A stretch of DNA of 64,000 nucleotides from a virus (taxonomy: Duplodnaviria > Caudoviricetes): the IMG/VR virus record IMGVR_UViG_3300033074_000216, positions 1 to 64,000 of that record, one strand, 5' to 3'. The position numbers and the translations under genes were made by a program. This document shows positions 1 through 9,998 of the stretch, one piece after another. Every line of letters starts with the position of its first letter. The stretch's first letter is position 1. A model generated the notes under the pieces. That model saw only the letters and a program-made list of their open reading frames with translations. It had not been told where the DNA came from and ran no database searches.

Positions 1-170
1 CCACAACAATCACATATTCTTGTTATTGTTGCTCCACTCTTTTCAGGCAAGTCCGTAGACCATACCTGAAATTTAGTCCTAATTTTTGTTGGGAGTGAAT
101 ATCCTTTATCTGTGTAATACTCAACCATATTAGAGGTTAGAACTACTTCTACTAATTCCCTTTTTATCAT
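1..170 (-). CDS. 5' part of a putative homing-endonuclease-like protein (runs off the window edge; not in ORF track)
   Basis: ATG at 170 just after TAA-TAG; translates MIKRELVEVVLTSNMVEYYTDKGY...DLPEKSGATITRICDCCG, a YY-xx-KGY...CDxCG Zn-ribbon pattern seen at N-termini of phage endonucleases. Confidence 0.45.
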   Translation of the reverse strand, partial: MIKRELVEVVLTSNMVEYYTDKGYSLPTKIRTKFQVWSTDLPEKSGATITRICDCC

Positions 171-174
171 ACTA

Positions 175-1725
175 TTACCTGTGTACAAGTGCTATTGGAA
201 GTGCGAAACATTTACCTTCATAAGCAACTGCACTTGAAGTATCAGGCACTCCTGGTAATGTGCACGAAATATATAACCCATCATTATTGTATGAAGTAAC
301 CCTAGATGAGCTATATTCAGGAGCAACCCTACCATTTGACAAATCAGGAGATGAAACCAATTTGCCTTTTATTTTAATTGAGTTATTTACGTCTTTATAA
401 CACATTCTCCCATAGTCTGGAGCAGAATATACTCTTGATATGTCAATTCCAAATCCCCAGTCATCCCCCCAGCCTTGAACAACTCTAACTCTATATCTAA
501 CTTGAATAACTTTATCTCCATCTAAGTAACAGTTATTTTCTGGGTTAGATACAAATGCTTTTTTCTGTGCTTCAGTTAATGAACTCCACACGTACCCTTT
601 ACCAATTAATGCACTTGCTGTTTGCCAATTTCCAAATAATGAATATGTTTCAAATCCTGTAAATGCTCCATTAGCTATACCAGTTAATCCATCTGTGTTA
701 GCACCTAGATATTGTACATTTCCTAATGGATATATAAAGTTCTTTTCACTTATATCTTCGTGCCATGATTCTAAGAATACTAAATCTGAACGAGATATTG
801 CATCAGCTGGATATACTGCTATGTTGTCAATAATCATTGAAGTAACATATCCGACTTTTGTAATAGATATTTTTACCTCTGTATTTGTAGCTACCCATGA
901 ATATGTAACCCTACCTGCACTCTTTATGCCTATATTTGCTCCATTAATATACACTGTGGTGCCACTATCTACTGATAATATGTCAAATTCTATATTATAA
1001 GTCTTGCCAATAATTATATTTATAGATGATTGTTTAACTCCTGTCTGTACTGTATTCCCATATATATTGCTTATTTTTACAGCTGGTTGAATTGTAGTAT
1101 CTGCTGCAAAATCACTAGCTGCATATACATAGTTCCACCCACTAGTATCAGTATCAAACTTACCATTAACTATTAATCCACTATTAGAACTATCAGCGTG
1201 TTTAATTACACCTGATGCAATTTGTTCAGCTGTTAGAACTGTATCGTATGGATATAGTGTAGGAGCAGTTGGTAATAAAATAGAATTAATTCTATCAGTA
1301 TTCTCATAGTTTACTCCATATATCTTATGTACAATTCCATTAATATTAGAATAAGGTTCATTGCTTTTTGATATACCAGTAGGAGAATTTATAGTACCAA
1401 TCATTAGTTTATTTATATAGGTAGAATTTGTCCATATACCTTCGTTAATATTTGGATTTGTACTAATATTAGAATAATGTTTTCCCCACTCATCAAATCC
1501 ACTCCCAGCTCTATTAGCTTTTCTTTCTTCAGCCAAAGCATTAAATTGAGCTTTTGTCATAATATTAGCTTCTAACTTCTTGGCTAGTGCTATATTCTCC
1601 GTACCAGTCCCGACATACACCCTACCAACATCACCACCAGCAGGGTAATCATCGTACCCTAGCTCTCCTTTACTTAGTAATGGTTTAGCTCCATTTGTGT
1701 CATGCTTATTTATTCTCATTACCAC
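175..1725 (-). CDS. virion tail-associated protein with possible carbohydrate-binding module
   Basis: 516 aa in the late module; NGKFDTDTSGW and beta-rich segment resemble CBM4/9-like folds. Confidence 0.55.
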   Translation of the reverse strand: MVMRINKHDTNGAKPLLSKGELGYDDYPAGGDVGRVYVGTGTENIALAKKLEANIMTKAQFNALAEERKANRAGSGFDEWGKHYSNISTNPNINEGIWTNSTYINKLMIGTINSPTGISKSNEPYSNINGIVHKIYGVNYENTDRINSILLPTAPTLYPYDTVLTAEQIASGVIKHADSSNSGLIVNGKFDTDTSGWNYVYAASDFAADTTIQPAVKISNIYGNTVQTGVKQSSINIIIGKTYNIEFDILSVDSGTTVYINGANIGIKSAGRVTYSWVATNTEVKISITKVGYVTSMIIDNIAVYPADAISRSDLVFLESWHEDISEKNFIYPLGNVQYLGANTDGLTGIANGAFTGFETYSLFGNWQTASALIGKGYVWSSLTEAQKKAFVSNPENNCYLDGDKVIQVRYRVRVVQGWGDDWGFGIDISRVYSAPDYGRMCYKDVNNSIKIKGKLVSSPDLSNGRVAPEYSSSRVTSYNNDGLYISCTLPGVPDTSSAVAYEGKCFALPIALVHR

Positions 1726-4079
1726 TCCTCTATTTTATTTATTTCAGCTACTACATATGCAGTAGTAGCTAGTTGTGTTGTGTTAGTCCCAACTGTTGCA
1801 GTAGGTGCTAAGGGTGTTCCAGTAAACGTAGGACTATTTGCAAACACAACTGCTCCAGTACCAGTCTCATCTGTCAGCATTGCCGCTAGGTTAGCTGAAC
1901 TCGGTGTTGCTAGGAACGTACTTGCTCCAGTACCCATACCAGTTATCTCTGTCACTCCTACAGCCGTATCATTAGCACTAATAGTTACCGATCCAGCAGA
2001 CTTAGTCAGCGTCACATTCGTACCTGCTTTTATATCTATAGTCTTCGCCGTACTACCATTGAACGTATACAGATCCGTACCTTCAGTTGTTCCAGTATCG
2101 AACTTTATCACTTCCGCCGCTACAGTATTTACATTTATATTTGCAGTACCATCAAAGCTAACTCCGTTTATAGTCCTTGCTGTTTGCAGCTTTGTAGCCG
2201 TTCCAGCATTCCCACTCGTACCTACCGTTAGTGTCCCGCTTGTTATCTTACTTGCATCTAGACTAGGTATATCTCCAGCTACTAGGTCTGTACCGCTAGT
2301 TACTAGCCCTTTACTATCATACGTTATCTTCGTATGCGTTGCTGCAGTGATACTTGCATTCTTAGCTACTTTAGTAGCTAGCTCTACCTTAGCGTGATTC
2401 TCATCTATACTATTCACTCTTATGAATAGAGTACCGTTAGTCGCATGTGAGTTCACTACGATTGCTACAGGTAGTTTTACTTGGGTATCAGTCGGCACTA
2501 CGTTTGTTAGTGCTCCACTTCCGCTATCTTTTACATACAGCACATCCCCATCTATCCACGTCTCACCATACTGAGCACCGTTAGTTTGTATACCTCGTAC
2601 CTTTCCGAATGTAGTACAGAACCCATCTGCACCTACACCTATTGTCTCTGTTACCACACCTAGTATGTACTTTGCATTTGCTTGAGTCAGGTTAGCCTTT
2701 GCTACTGTTATCCTACCACTATTACCTACAGTTCCGGTAGCCATTACTGCCATACCATTAGTAATACTAACACCGCTATTATTACGTACTCGTATCAGCT
2801 GCTCTTGTCCTACTTGTAGTGTAGCCCCATTGAGCACCACATCTAGCGTACTCTCATCAGCATTCCAGCTTACAGCGCTACCACCTATTGTGATGCTATT
2901 TACACTTGGATTAGCCGTCGTATCCATTCTACTATCCGTAGCATTCCATACAGCTACCCCACCATTGATAGGAGTATCTTCTCTGGTAGCTACTTTCTGT
3001 AATCCACCTATCTCGCCTATCTTGAATGATTGACTAGTTTCTTCCCACACGAACTCATAGTCAGTTGCCGTACCTCTATCCACCACTATTCCAGCTACCC
3101 CAGCCGTTACCCCATGGCCGGTCTCACCTTTATTTATCAACAGTGTATTATCTTTTACTTCTACAGTTTCTGCATTTACTATTGTACCCGCACCGTTTAC
3201 AGTTAGGTCTCCCTGCACGGTTACATTACCTGCGAATACCTTATTACCGCCTACTGACTGATTAGTCTCTACATTCACATAGTACTCAGGCAGTTCATTA
3301 CCTAGTCTCTCACTATTGTCTACTATACCATTCCCATTAGTATCATATACTTCCATACTCATACCGTCAGACACACCATTTGCCACCGTGAAGTGCCCTA
3401 GGTTTATTGTCTCACTTGCATCACCATATAACGTATACGTATCTTTGAATGTAGCTGTTCCGAAGTCACCATTAGGGTTAGTTGTGCTAGTTCCTTTGAC
3501 ATGGTGCACACCTAGGCCAGTATCTCCCTTCACACCTTGTGCTCCAGCATCTCCTTTAGGTCCCCTTAGATTAGGAGTAATATAACTTGTACCATCACTA
3601 AACTGCCAAGTAAATGAACCATCCCCATTATAACTTATCTGTTCAACAGTAAGGTTCTCACCATCTATACCAGCAGGACCAACAGGTCCAGTATCCCCAG
3701 TAAACCCTCTAGGTCCTTGAGCTCCAATATCACCTTTTGCTCCAGTAGGTCCTTGATCTCCTTTAGGTCCTATAATTGATAATCCTTGAGGTCCTTGAGG
3801 TCCTTGAATACCCTGTGCTCCAGTATCTCCTTTAACAGATTCAACTGTTATAATCTTATTAATAGGATCCCAACTAGTATGATCCCCAGCTACAACCGTA
3901 ATCCCTGTAAAGTCCTGTGCATCTTGTAACTCAGTTAATAATGCTTCTACATCTATACCGGCTACTAACTCTATCTCAGTTAACTTATCTCTAACTGCTA
4001 ATACAGCATCGTACTTACTATCAATCTCTCTATTAACAGATAACGTATTTAATGCTTGTAAACTACTAGCTCTTACCAT
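1719..4079 (-). CDS. tail fibre with collagen-like G-X-Y repeat
   Basis: GDTGAQGIQGPQGPQG...GPKGDAGAQGVKGDTG collagen run; Thr/Gly-rich fibre repeats (ATKLQTARTINGVSFDGTANI). Confidence 0.75.
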   Translation of the reverse strand: MVRASSLQALNTLSVNREIDSKYDAVLAVRDKLTEIELVAGIDVEALLTELQDAQDFTGITVVAGDHTSWDPINKIITVESVKGDTGAQGIQGPQGPQGLSIIGPKGDQGPTGAKGDIGAQGPRGFTGDTGPVGPAGIDGENLTVEQISYNGDGSFTWQFSDGTSYITPNLRGPKGDAGAQGVKGDTGLGVHHVKGTSTTNPNGDFGTATFKDTYTLYGDASETINLGHFTVANGVSDGMSMEVYDTNGNGIVDNSERLGNELPEYYVNVETNQSVGGNKVFAGNVTVQGDLTVNGAGTIVNAETVEVKDNTLLINKGETGHGVTAGVAGIVVDRGTATDYEFVWEETSQSFKIGEIGGLQKVATREDTPINGGVAVWNATDSRMDTTANPSVNSITIGGSAVSWNADESTLDVVLNGATLQVGQEQLIRVRNNSGVSITNGMAVMATGTVGNSGRITVAKANLTQANAKYILGVVTETIGVGADGFCTTFGKVRGIQTNGAQYGETWIDGDVLYVKDSGSGALTNVVPTDTQVKLPVAIVVNSHATNGTLFIRVNSIDENHAKVELATKVAKNASITAATHTKITYDSKGLVTSGTDLVAGDIPSLDASKITSGTLTVGTSGNAGTATKLQTARTINGVSFDGTANINVNTVAAEVIKFDTGTTEGTDLYTFNGSTAKTIDIKAGTNVTLTKSAGSVTISANDTAVGVTEITGMGTGASTFLATPSSANLAAMLTDETGTGAVVFANSPTFTGTPLAPTATVGTNTTQLATTAYVVAEINKIEEW

Positions 4080-4693
4080 TATACAAATCCTCTCAATGCT
4101 ATTCTTTTATTCATGAACATATCATCACTATTAAACATACCAAACTGTCTTAACTTCTCACAACTAGCCTCAAATCTTTGGTAGTAAATACTATCCTCAG
4201 TTTGTACACCAGTATCAATTGAACTATTTGCTCTATATCCCATATACATTAGTAAAGCTTCAATCATTTGTGCAGGCAAATCTACTTCAGTATCTAATTC
4301 ATTAATTGTGTAAACTGGAGAACTTGCTACGTATATAATACTTACGTAAGCTCCCACCACACTAACTGGAACTTGCACTTTATTCCATCCAACAGTATTA
4401 ATACTTAATGGATTATCTTCTTCATTAATAGGCAGAATATTTACACTTTCAACAGAATCAACAGGAACTTCACCATATGCAGCTAACATCCACATATAGT
4501 CAGAAGGCATAGTATAAATATCAACAGTATCTTGTAACTCAATGATATACTCTTCTACTTTTAATTGAAATCTTTTGTATAACTCTAATACACCCAGATT
4601 CATATACCCAACTAATACTTCTGGTTTACTTCCAACATTTAATCCGTTTAACTCACCATTTTTTGCTAAATCTATTATTTGACCAACTGTCAT
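4079..4693 (-). CDS. putative head-tail adaptor (N4 gp67-like)
   Basis: 204 aa between terminase and tail fibre, as in N4 synteny; YMNLGVLELYKRF motif. Confidence 0.5.
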   Translation of the reverse strand: MTVGQIIDLAKNGELNGLNVGSKPEVLVGYMNLGVLELYKRFQLKVEEYIIELQDTVDIYTMPSDYMWMLAAYGEVPVDSVESVNILPINEEDNPLSINTVGWNKVQVPVSVVGAYVSIIYVASSPVYTINELDTEVDLPAQMIEALLMYMGYRANSSIDTGVQTEDSIYYQRFEASCEKLRQFGMFNSDDMFMNKRIALRGFV

Positions 4694-4725
4694 TCTAACT
4701 CCTCACAGTTATCTTAATCTAACCT

Positions 4726-4734
4726 ATTCTAGCA
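4726..4734 (-). promoter_or_regulatory. extended -10 sigma70 promoter
   Basis: TGCTAGAAT on the minus strand about 30 nt upstream of the 4693 start. Confidence 0.45.
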
Positions 4735-4754
4735 TATTCTACCTTCAAACATCC

Positions 4755-6320
4755 TTAAAAGACAGTACTGCCCACATAGTCATTCAAATCATCCATATCA
4801 TCAGCCATTCCTGTCCATATCATTTCATCTTTAACTACATTCTGTTCTACAACTAATTCATCACTAGGAGTATAAATTTCCATCTCACTTAGTTGGTTTA
4901 GCAAGTCAATAGCATCATCATGCTTCAATGTTTTAACTCCACCACTCATAGTAAACTTACTTAACTCAGCACACATCTCACTAACTAATTCAAACAACCT
5001 ATAATTACTACCCTTAATAGTTTCTGGTCTAGGAAACCACACTTTATTCTGTTTGAACTTCGGTTGCACACCCGTAACGAATCTATGCACCTTATCCTTA
5101 GTTGGTCTAATTCCTGGCTCTTTACTACCCGGTTTCTTAGCAAACTGAAACCACACATTTCTTTGTTGCTTCATTTCTTCAATAATACTAAGGAAACCAC
5201 CTTGCTGTCCACTACTCTCAATACCAACACTTAATGGTTTCCACTTTCTAACATATCTAAACAAATCCTCAATGTTCTCTTGCATACTTTGTCTAATACA
5301 TTGTCCATCAACTAAAAGCCAATCATTATTATTACTAATAGCCCATACACCAATCGTACTAAAGTCAGCACTCTTCTTACTACTAGTTGCGAAGTCTGTA
5401 CTAATATAGATATTATAATAACTCTTATGCTTAACAATGTTAGGATAATCGAACCACATTATATCATCTTCATCAACTAGTAATGTACTTAAGTCAGTAA
5501 TTTCTAACATGTACTCTTGATAGAAGTCTTGTGTCTTACCTGCAGCAGAAAGCATATCAAACTTAGCTTTAACAGCTTCATATGGGAATCTATCCTCCCA
5601 TGCACCTTTGAAATCCTCTTTAGAACAAGGAAACCTATCACATATTGGAAACTTATGAACAACCCATTCAGGATTCGTACTTAATTGATGAATAATATCT
5701 TTCTCACTAATAGGTGTACCAATAAAAAATATCTTATATCTAGTTGGATGTAATGCAGGAATAACTGATTTATAGAAGTTATCATTAATAGTATTTTGAA
5801 TTGCTTCAGAATTCTTAGCTTCATTTGTTGTAATATCATCTAGGATAACTATATCAGGTCTATGCCCTCTATACCTAACCCCCCTGATATTCGTACTAGC
5901 TCCATACCCTTTTAAGTCTAATTGAACACCATTAATATTCTTTAATTCCATTTCATTATCAGTTTTTCTAACGATCTCTAAGAACTGTTGTAATAAGGGA
6001 CTCTTATCTATCTTACCAACTAAGTTCCTAAACATATTCTTAACTCCATTCTCCATAGAGTCCCCAATAAATGCTATGAAGTTTACTTTACCAAACCCTT
6101 CTAATCCACCTTTAACTGCAATGTACAGGATGTACCACTCCATTAATGTGGACTTAGCACTACCCCTGAATGACTCAATTAATACTTGTTTATCTTTACC
6201 AAAGTATTTATCAGCTAGCCTATAATGAATTTCAGCATTGGCATTATCCTCAACCGAACAAGCACGTATGAACGCAATAAACTCTAGACTTTCTTTCTTA
6301 GGAATATAATTTTCTTGCAT
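4755..6320 (-). CDS. terL: terminase large subunit
   Basis: Walker A variant FRGSAKST, Walker B IVILDD, RNase H-like nuclease residues (ISTDFA, HDDAID). Confidence 0.9.
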   Translation of the reverse strand: MQENYIPKKESLEFIAFIRACSVEDNANAEIHYRLADKYFGKDKQVLIESFRGSAKSTLMEWYILYIAVKGGLEGFGKVNFIAFIGDSMENGVKNMFRNLVGKIDKSPLLQQFLEIVRKTDNEMELKNINGVQLDLKGYGASTNIRGVRYRGHRPDIVILDDITTNEAKNSEAIQNTINDNFYKSVIPALHPTRYKIFFIGTPISEKDIIHQLSTNPEWVVHKFPICDRFPCSKEDFKGAWEDRFPYEAVKAKFDMLSAAGKTQDFYQEYMLEITDLSTLLVDEDDIMWFDYPNIVKHKSYYNIYISTDFATSSKKSADFSTIGVWAISNNNDWLLVDGQCIRQSMQENIEDLFRYVRKWKPLSVGIESSGQQGGFLSIIEEMKQQRNVWFQFAKKPGSKEPGIRPTKDKVHRFVTGVQPKFKQNKVWFPRPETIKGSNYRLFELVSEMCAELSKFTMSGGVKTLKHDDAIDLLNQLSEMEIYTPSDELVVEQNVVKDEMIWTGMADDMDDLNDYVGSTVF

Positions 6321-6831
6321 ACTTATCCTTTATTTTATTGTATTTACTTTCATCAGTACTAAGGTATTTAACACTTACATTGTATGATTCATCATCCCCA
6401 TACGTATAAACTATCGCACACTTTAGATACTGTTCTATCTCTTGTGTAAACATATCTAATAGTAATTCATTCCCATCAGATTTAGGTACTTCGAACTTAA
6501 CCTCAACCATCTTTAACTTATCCATAGTTTTAATTCTACTTTCACAAGTTACAGGACATGACTTTAGATTCTTATATACAACATTTATTAACCTATACTC
6601 TTGATCAATCTCCCACTTATCAATGAAGTAAACATTACCATGAGATATCGAAACACACTCATACTCTCCACCACTCTCACCTATAACATATACACCTTGT
6701 CCAATAGATCTTGGATGCATCATTCTTAATTCTTCTACCTCAAAATTAGGAATCAGCTCACCACCTAACCATCTAACTAACTTCCTAAACCATACCTTAT
6801 TATTTAATTCTAATCTATCTATAAATAACAT
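6298..6831 (-). CDS. hypothetical protein
   Basis: 177-aa ORF coupled to both neighbours. Confidence 0.6.
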   Translation of the reverse strand: MLFIDRLELNNKVWFRKLVRWLGGELIPNFEVEELRMMHPRSIGQGVYVIGESGGEYECVSISHGNVYFIDKWEIDQEYRLINVVYKNLKSCPVTCESRIKTMDKLKMVEVKFEVPKSDGNELLLDMFTQEIEQYLKCAIVYTYGDDESYNVSVKYLSTDESKYNKIKDKYARKLYS

Positions 6832-7574
6832 TATTCAACCTCACCATCTATAATTTCTTCTTCTTTAACTTTCATAGCACCTAATCTTTTTAAATCTATA
6901 GTTCCATCTTTTAATTGTTGTATACTACCCATAGCAAACTCAGCTAATTGAGCATTCAACTGCACCATAGCATCATCCTGTTTCAGACCAATATCAATAG
7001 ACAACTTATGTTCTTCTGGTGGTTTAACATTAGCTAATATCTCTTTAGCTGCAGCAACTCTGGCCATTTCTGACCTACCATTAACCATAATATCACTTAA
7101 TACATTTATAGCTCTATACGTTTCACCTTGAAACATTAAGTATAAACCTAACTGTGACTGTGTTAATATCTGTTTAACTAACGGTCTCTTTCTATATCTA
7201 CTAGCTGCAGATGTCAACTCCTTATACTTAACAGAATTTGATGGAGCATCTAATCTCTCTCTAACAAACTCAGTATGAGAATGTGATTTCTTATACGCTT
7301 CTGTTAGATTATAATCCTCTGACTCAAGATATGCACAGAACTTAATTGCACACATATAGTCTTTTAAGTTAGCTTTATTCTGTTCCATTATATCTTTATA
7401 CGTAACTAAAGCATCCATAAACTCATTCCCATCAAAGAATGGACTGTTATTTGCTTCATTAATTATATCAACTAATTCCTCAGTAATAGCCTCTTTCTTT
7501 CTAGGAAATAACTTCTTTAACTCTTCTACAGTTACTGAGTCTGCTGGTTTACTTACTATTCCAATTCTAGCCAT
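6831..7574 (-). CDS. putative terminase small subunit (N4 gp69-like)
   Basis: 247-aa helical protein upstream of terL; N-terminus VTVEELKKLFP resembles N4-like gp69. Confidence 0.5.
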   Translation of the reverse strand: MARIGIVSKPADSVTVEELKKLFPRKKEAITEELVDIINEANNSPFFDGNEFMDALVTYKDIMEQNKANLKDYMCAIKFCAYLESEDYNLTEAYKKSHSHTEFVRERLDAPSNSVKYKELTSAASRYRKRPLVKQILTQSQLGLYLMFQGETYRAINVLSDIMVNGRSEMARVAAAKEILANVKPPEEHKLSIDIGLKQDDAMVQLNAQLAEFAMGSIQQLKDGTIDLKRLGAMKVKEEEIIDGEVE

Positions 7575-8030
7575 TAAATTTCTCCTATATTTAAACTAAC
7601 AGCATTAATCTTTAGCTCTCTCATCTTACTAGCAATACCATCTAATCCTATAAATAAATCAGCTTTCCTATCTATACACTTAGCATACACTCTAGCAATT
7701 AATTCATCTAACTCATAATCTAAATCATCTAATCTACAATCTATGTAGATTGCATGTATACTCGGAACCTCTAATCCCATTACACCTAGTAACTCTAAAC
7801 ATCCTTCATCTTCCTGAAGTCTATTATCTATCACAACATTCATTATCTCTCCTCTCAATATCTTTCAATATTCTATTTCTTTTTAACATATATTTAGACC
7901 ATTCAAATTTAGTCCAAAACCATCTAGGTAAACAGTACTCAAAATCTAACTCTTCTAATTGGATTTCAAGATCTGTCTCTTCTTCTATACTACTCTTCTG
8001 TACTTTGAAGAACATCTTTATAAACCTCAA
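7574..8030 (-). CDS. two small hypothetical proteins (7574-7858, 7824-8030)
   Basis: overlapping ORFs in the same operon. Confidence 0.5.
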
Positions 8031-8355
8031 GTACTTTCTCTTTATCTACTAAGAACAACTCTGTAGAACCACTGAATGCTTTCTCAGGAGTATATTGCCA
8101 CTCAGCTAAAGCATGATGACACTTAGTTTCCTTCTCAAATACATTACTAACTTCTTTATCTTTAACAACTTTAATAATAGGAGTTACTCGATATACATCA
8201 AAGTAACTACCAATTATCTGCAACATTCTCTGCTTACAACTATGACCACTAGCTTTACCTACTTTATAAACTAAGGTATCACCAATCATAATCTCTAGAA
8301 TGTATAATCTATCTACATTATCAAAGTCTTTCTTAACTTTAAACCATGCTCCCAT
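7990..8355 (-). CDS. GIY-YIG superfamily (T5orf172/MUG113-like) protein
   Basis: LYIL...YKVGKA...KQRM and E...H...TELF pattern. Confidence 0.5.
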   Translation of the reverse strand: MGAWFKVKKDFDNVDRLYILEIMIGDTLVYKVGKASGHSCKQRMLQIIGSYFDVYRVTPIIKVVKDKEVSNVFEKETKCHHALAEWQYTPEKAFSGSTELFLVDKEKVLEVYKDVLQSTEE

Positions 8356-8699
8356 TAAAGTAATGCTACCTTAATCTCATTAGTACATATTTTACCTAAT
8401 GCAGGATATGATGTATCTACCCAACTAATCCCATCATCATAGAACTTTGATGGTTGGTATGGTTGTTTTTGTATCAAACCTTTACAAACATGTCCAGTAT
8501 ATCCTTGGATTATCTCTCCACATGTTCTACATCTAGGACCAGATTCCTTCTTATGTTTCTCTAATAATTTAGTAAACTCCTCAGCATCTAACTTCTTACT
8601 TAACTCAGGTACACCTTTAGTCCCACATTCTCTACAAAACTTATCTTCTGTATTTGCTTGAGTACCACATTTATCACAAACTAATTTAACTATAAACAT
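8355..8699 (-). CDS. zinc-ribbon protein
   Basis: CDKCG...CRECG and CRTCG...HVC motifs. Confidence 0.55.
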   Translation of the reverse strand: MFIVKLVCDKCGTQANTEDKFCRECGTKGVPELSKKLDAEEFTKLLEKHKKESGPRCRTCGEIIQGYTGHVCKGLIQKQPYQPSKFYDDGISWVDTSYPALGKICTNEIKVALL

Positions 8700-8771
8700 C
8701 TCTATTAACCTTTTTATTTTTATTATATCTAACTAACTCTTTATAATAACTTAACTAATGTACGTTACTAC

Positions 8772-9512
8772 TTAAGCTTCATCTAATAATTGAAACTTTA
8801 AGTTTGCCATCTCTGAAAGAAGCATACTAATATGAGTCTCACCTAACATTTTTATTGCTTCCATATTTTCATAATACCAAGCTTTTCCTCTCTCAGTTTT
8901 AATAATAGCATCTGGATTCCACTGAATTCTTTCCGTGTCATTAACAATTAGTTTATCTTTCTCATCTATAACTTTAACAAACTTAGCTAATAGTTCTAAT
9001 GATCTAGATGGTCTCTCCATGTTATCTAACTGCACTCTACTTTTCTTGTCTTCCATAAGTATATCTAGGATATCTTGTCTCCCATATCCCTTAATAGTTG
9101 CTGCATAACTAACTAATCTTTTGTCTACTTTCATAAATCTTGATGCATCTATCGCTGTCATCTTATATTTATTAACTAATTCTAATGCTTGTATAGCTTT
9201 CTGACTATTATCGTAGTCTCTTCCACTCATAATATTCTTATTACACATAACAATAATATCCTGCTCAGAAGTAGTATTATCTATATCAACACATCTAAGA
9301 GTAATATTTAATTCAGTAGCTACTCTAGTTCTATGTCTACCATCAACACACTTACCATCGAGCATAAGTACAGGATCTAATTGTCCTAATCTCTTTATAT
9401 TTTCTTTAGTAGCTTCATACTCCAGCTCATTATGTAGTGGATTAAATACCACATATTTATCATCAAATACTACTGTAGTAGGATCTACTGTATAAACACT
9501 ACTTACTTTCAT
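8772..9512 (-). CDS. ParB/Srx N-terminal domain protein
   Basis: GQLDPVLMLDGKCVDGRHR ParB-box motif. Confidence 0.65.
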   Translation of the reverse strand: MKVSSVYTVDPTTVVFDDKYVVFNPLHNELEYEATKENIKRLGQLDPVLMLDGKCVDGRHRTRVATELNITLRCVDIDNTTSEQDIIVMCNKNIMSGRDYDNSQKAIQALELVNKYKMTAIDASRFMKVDKRLVSYAATIKGYGRQDILDILMEDKKSRVQLDNMERPSRSLELLAKFVKVIDEKDKLIVNDTERIQWNPDAIIKTERGKAWYYENMEAIKMLGETHISMLLSEMANLKFQLLDEA

Positions 9513-9642
9513 TTCTTACATACCTTTCAACTAACTCAAGTATTACTTGTTCCATTGATTCTCTTCTACCTCTTTGCTCTGAAATTGCTTTCAATAATTC
9601 TGTTGTAGTTTTTCTAACTTTAATTGTTGTAATTTGTTCCAT
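9499..9642 (-). CDS. 47-aa ribbon-helix-helix DNA-binding protein (not in ORF track)
   Basis: MEQITTIKVRKTTTELLKAISEQRGRRESMEQVILELVERYVRNESK; alternating beta-strand then two helices; AAGGA SD upstream. Confidence 0.55.
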   Translation of the reverse strand: MEQITTIKVRKTTTELLKAISEQRGRRESMEQVILELVERYVRNESK

Positions 9643-9712
9643 CGGAATTCCTTATGATTTAATATACAAAAGTATACCATCATACTACTTAGGAGTAGCT
9701 TAATGGTAAGAT

Positions 9713-9750
9713 TGTTCCGAAATCGGATGACTCAATGTTCCGTATTCGGA
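9713..9750. promoter_or_regulatory. pair of palindromic operator-like sites
   Basis: TGTTCCGaaaTCGGA (9713) and TGTTCCGtatTCGGA (9736), 13/15 identical, 23 bp apart. Confidence 0.45.
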
Positions 9751-9998
9751 ATATCATATACTTATATTTATATAGAAGTCAGAAGTTCTGATAAACTTAA
9801 AGGAAGCTTAGGGCTATATGGAAATTTTTAAAATTTTGTAGAGGTGCTGTATCCGCTCTCAGACCCACTTGCCGATCGACTACCCCCCGGGTCAAATCTC
9901 AATGAGACTCCTTTTTCTCCAGCTTATTACCATCACCGCTTCGCACTCGCTCATCTCAACTGTCTCTATATGATCAACTGCTCTGTTCATTTGTAACC

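Noticed and set aside
695-3585. Plus-strand ORFs opposite the tail genes, and similar antisense ORFs elsewhere (e.g. 24885-25205, 34730-35071, 53179-53481)
   Set aside because: Shadows of real genes caused by codon bias; no SD or motifs
3530-3840. Nucleotide repeats (ggtccttga, ccagtatctcc)
   Set aside because: Simply encode the collagen G-X-Y repeat
9938-9944. GCTTCGC (template GCGAAGC) as an N4 virion-RNAP hairpin promoter
   Set aside because: Only a 2-bp stem; N4 promoters have 5-7 bp stems; could be chance
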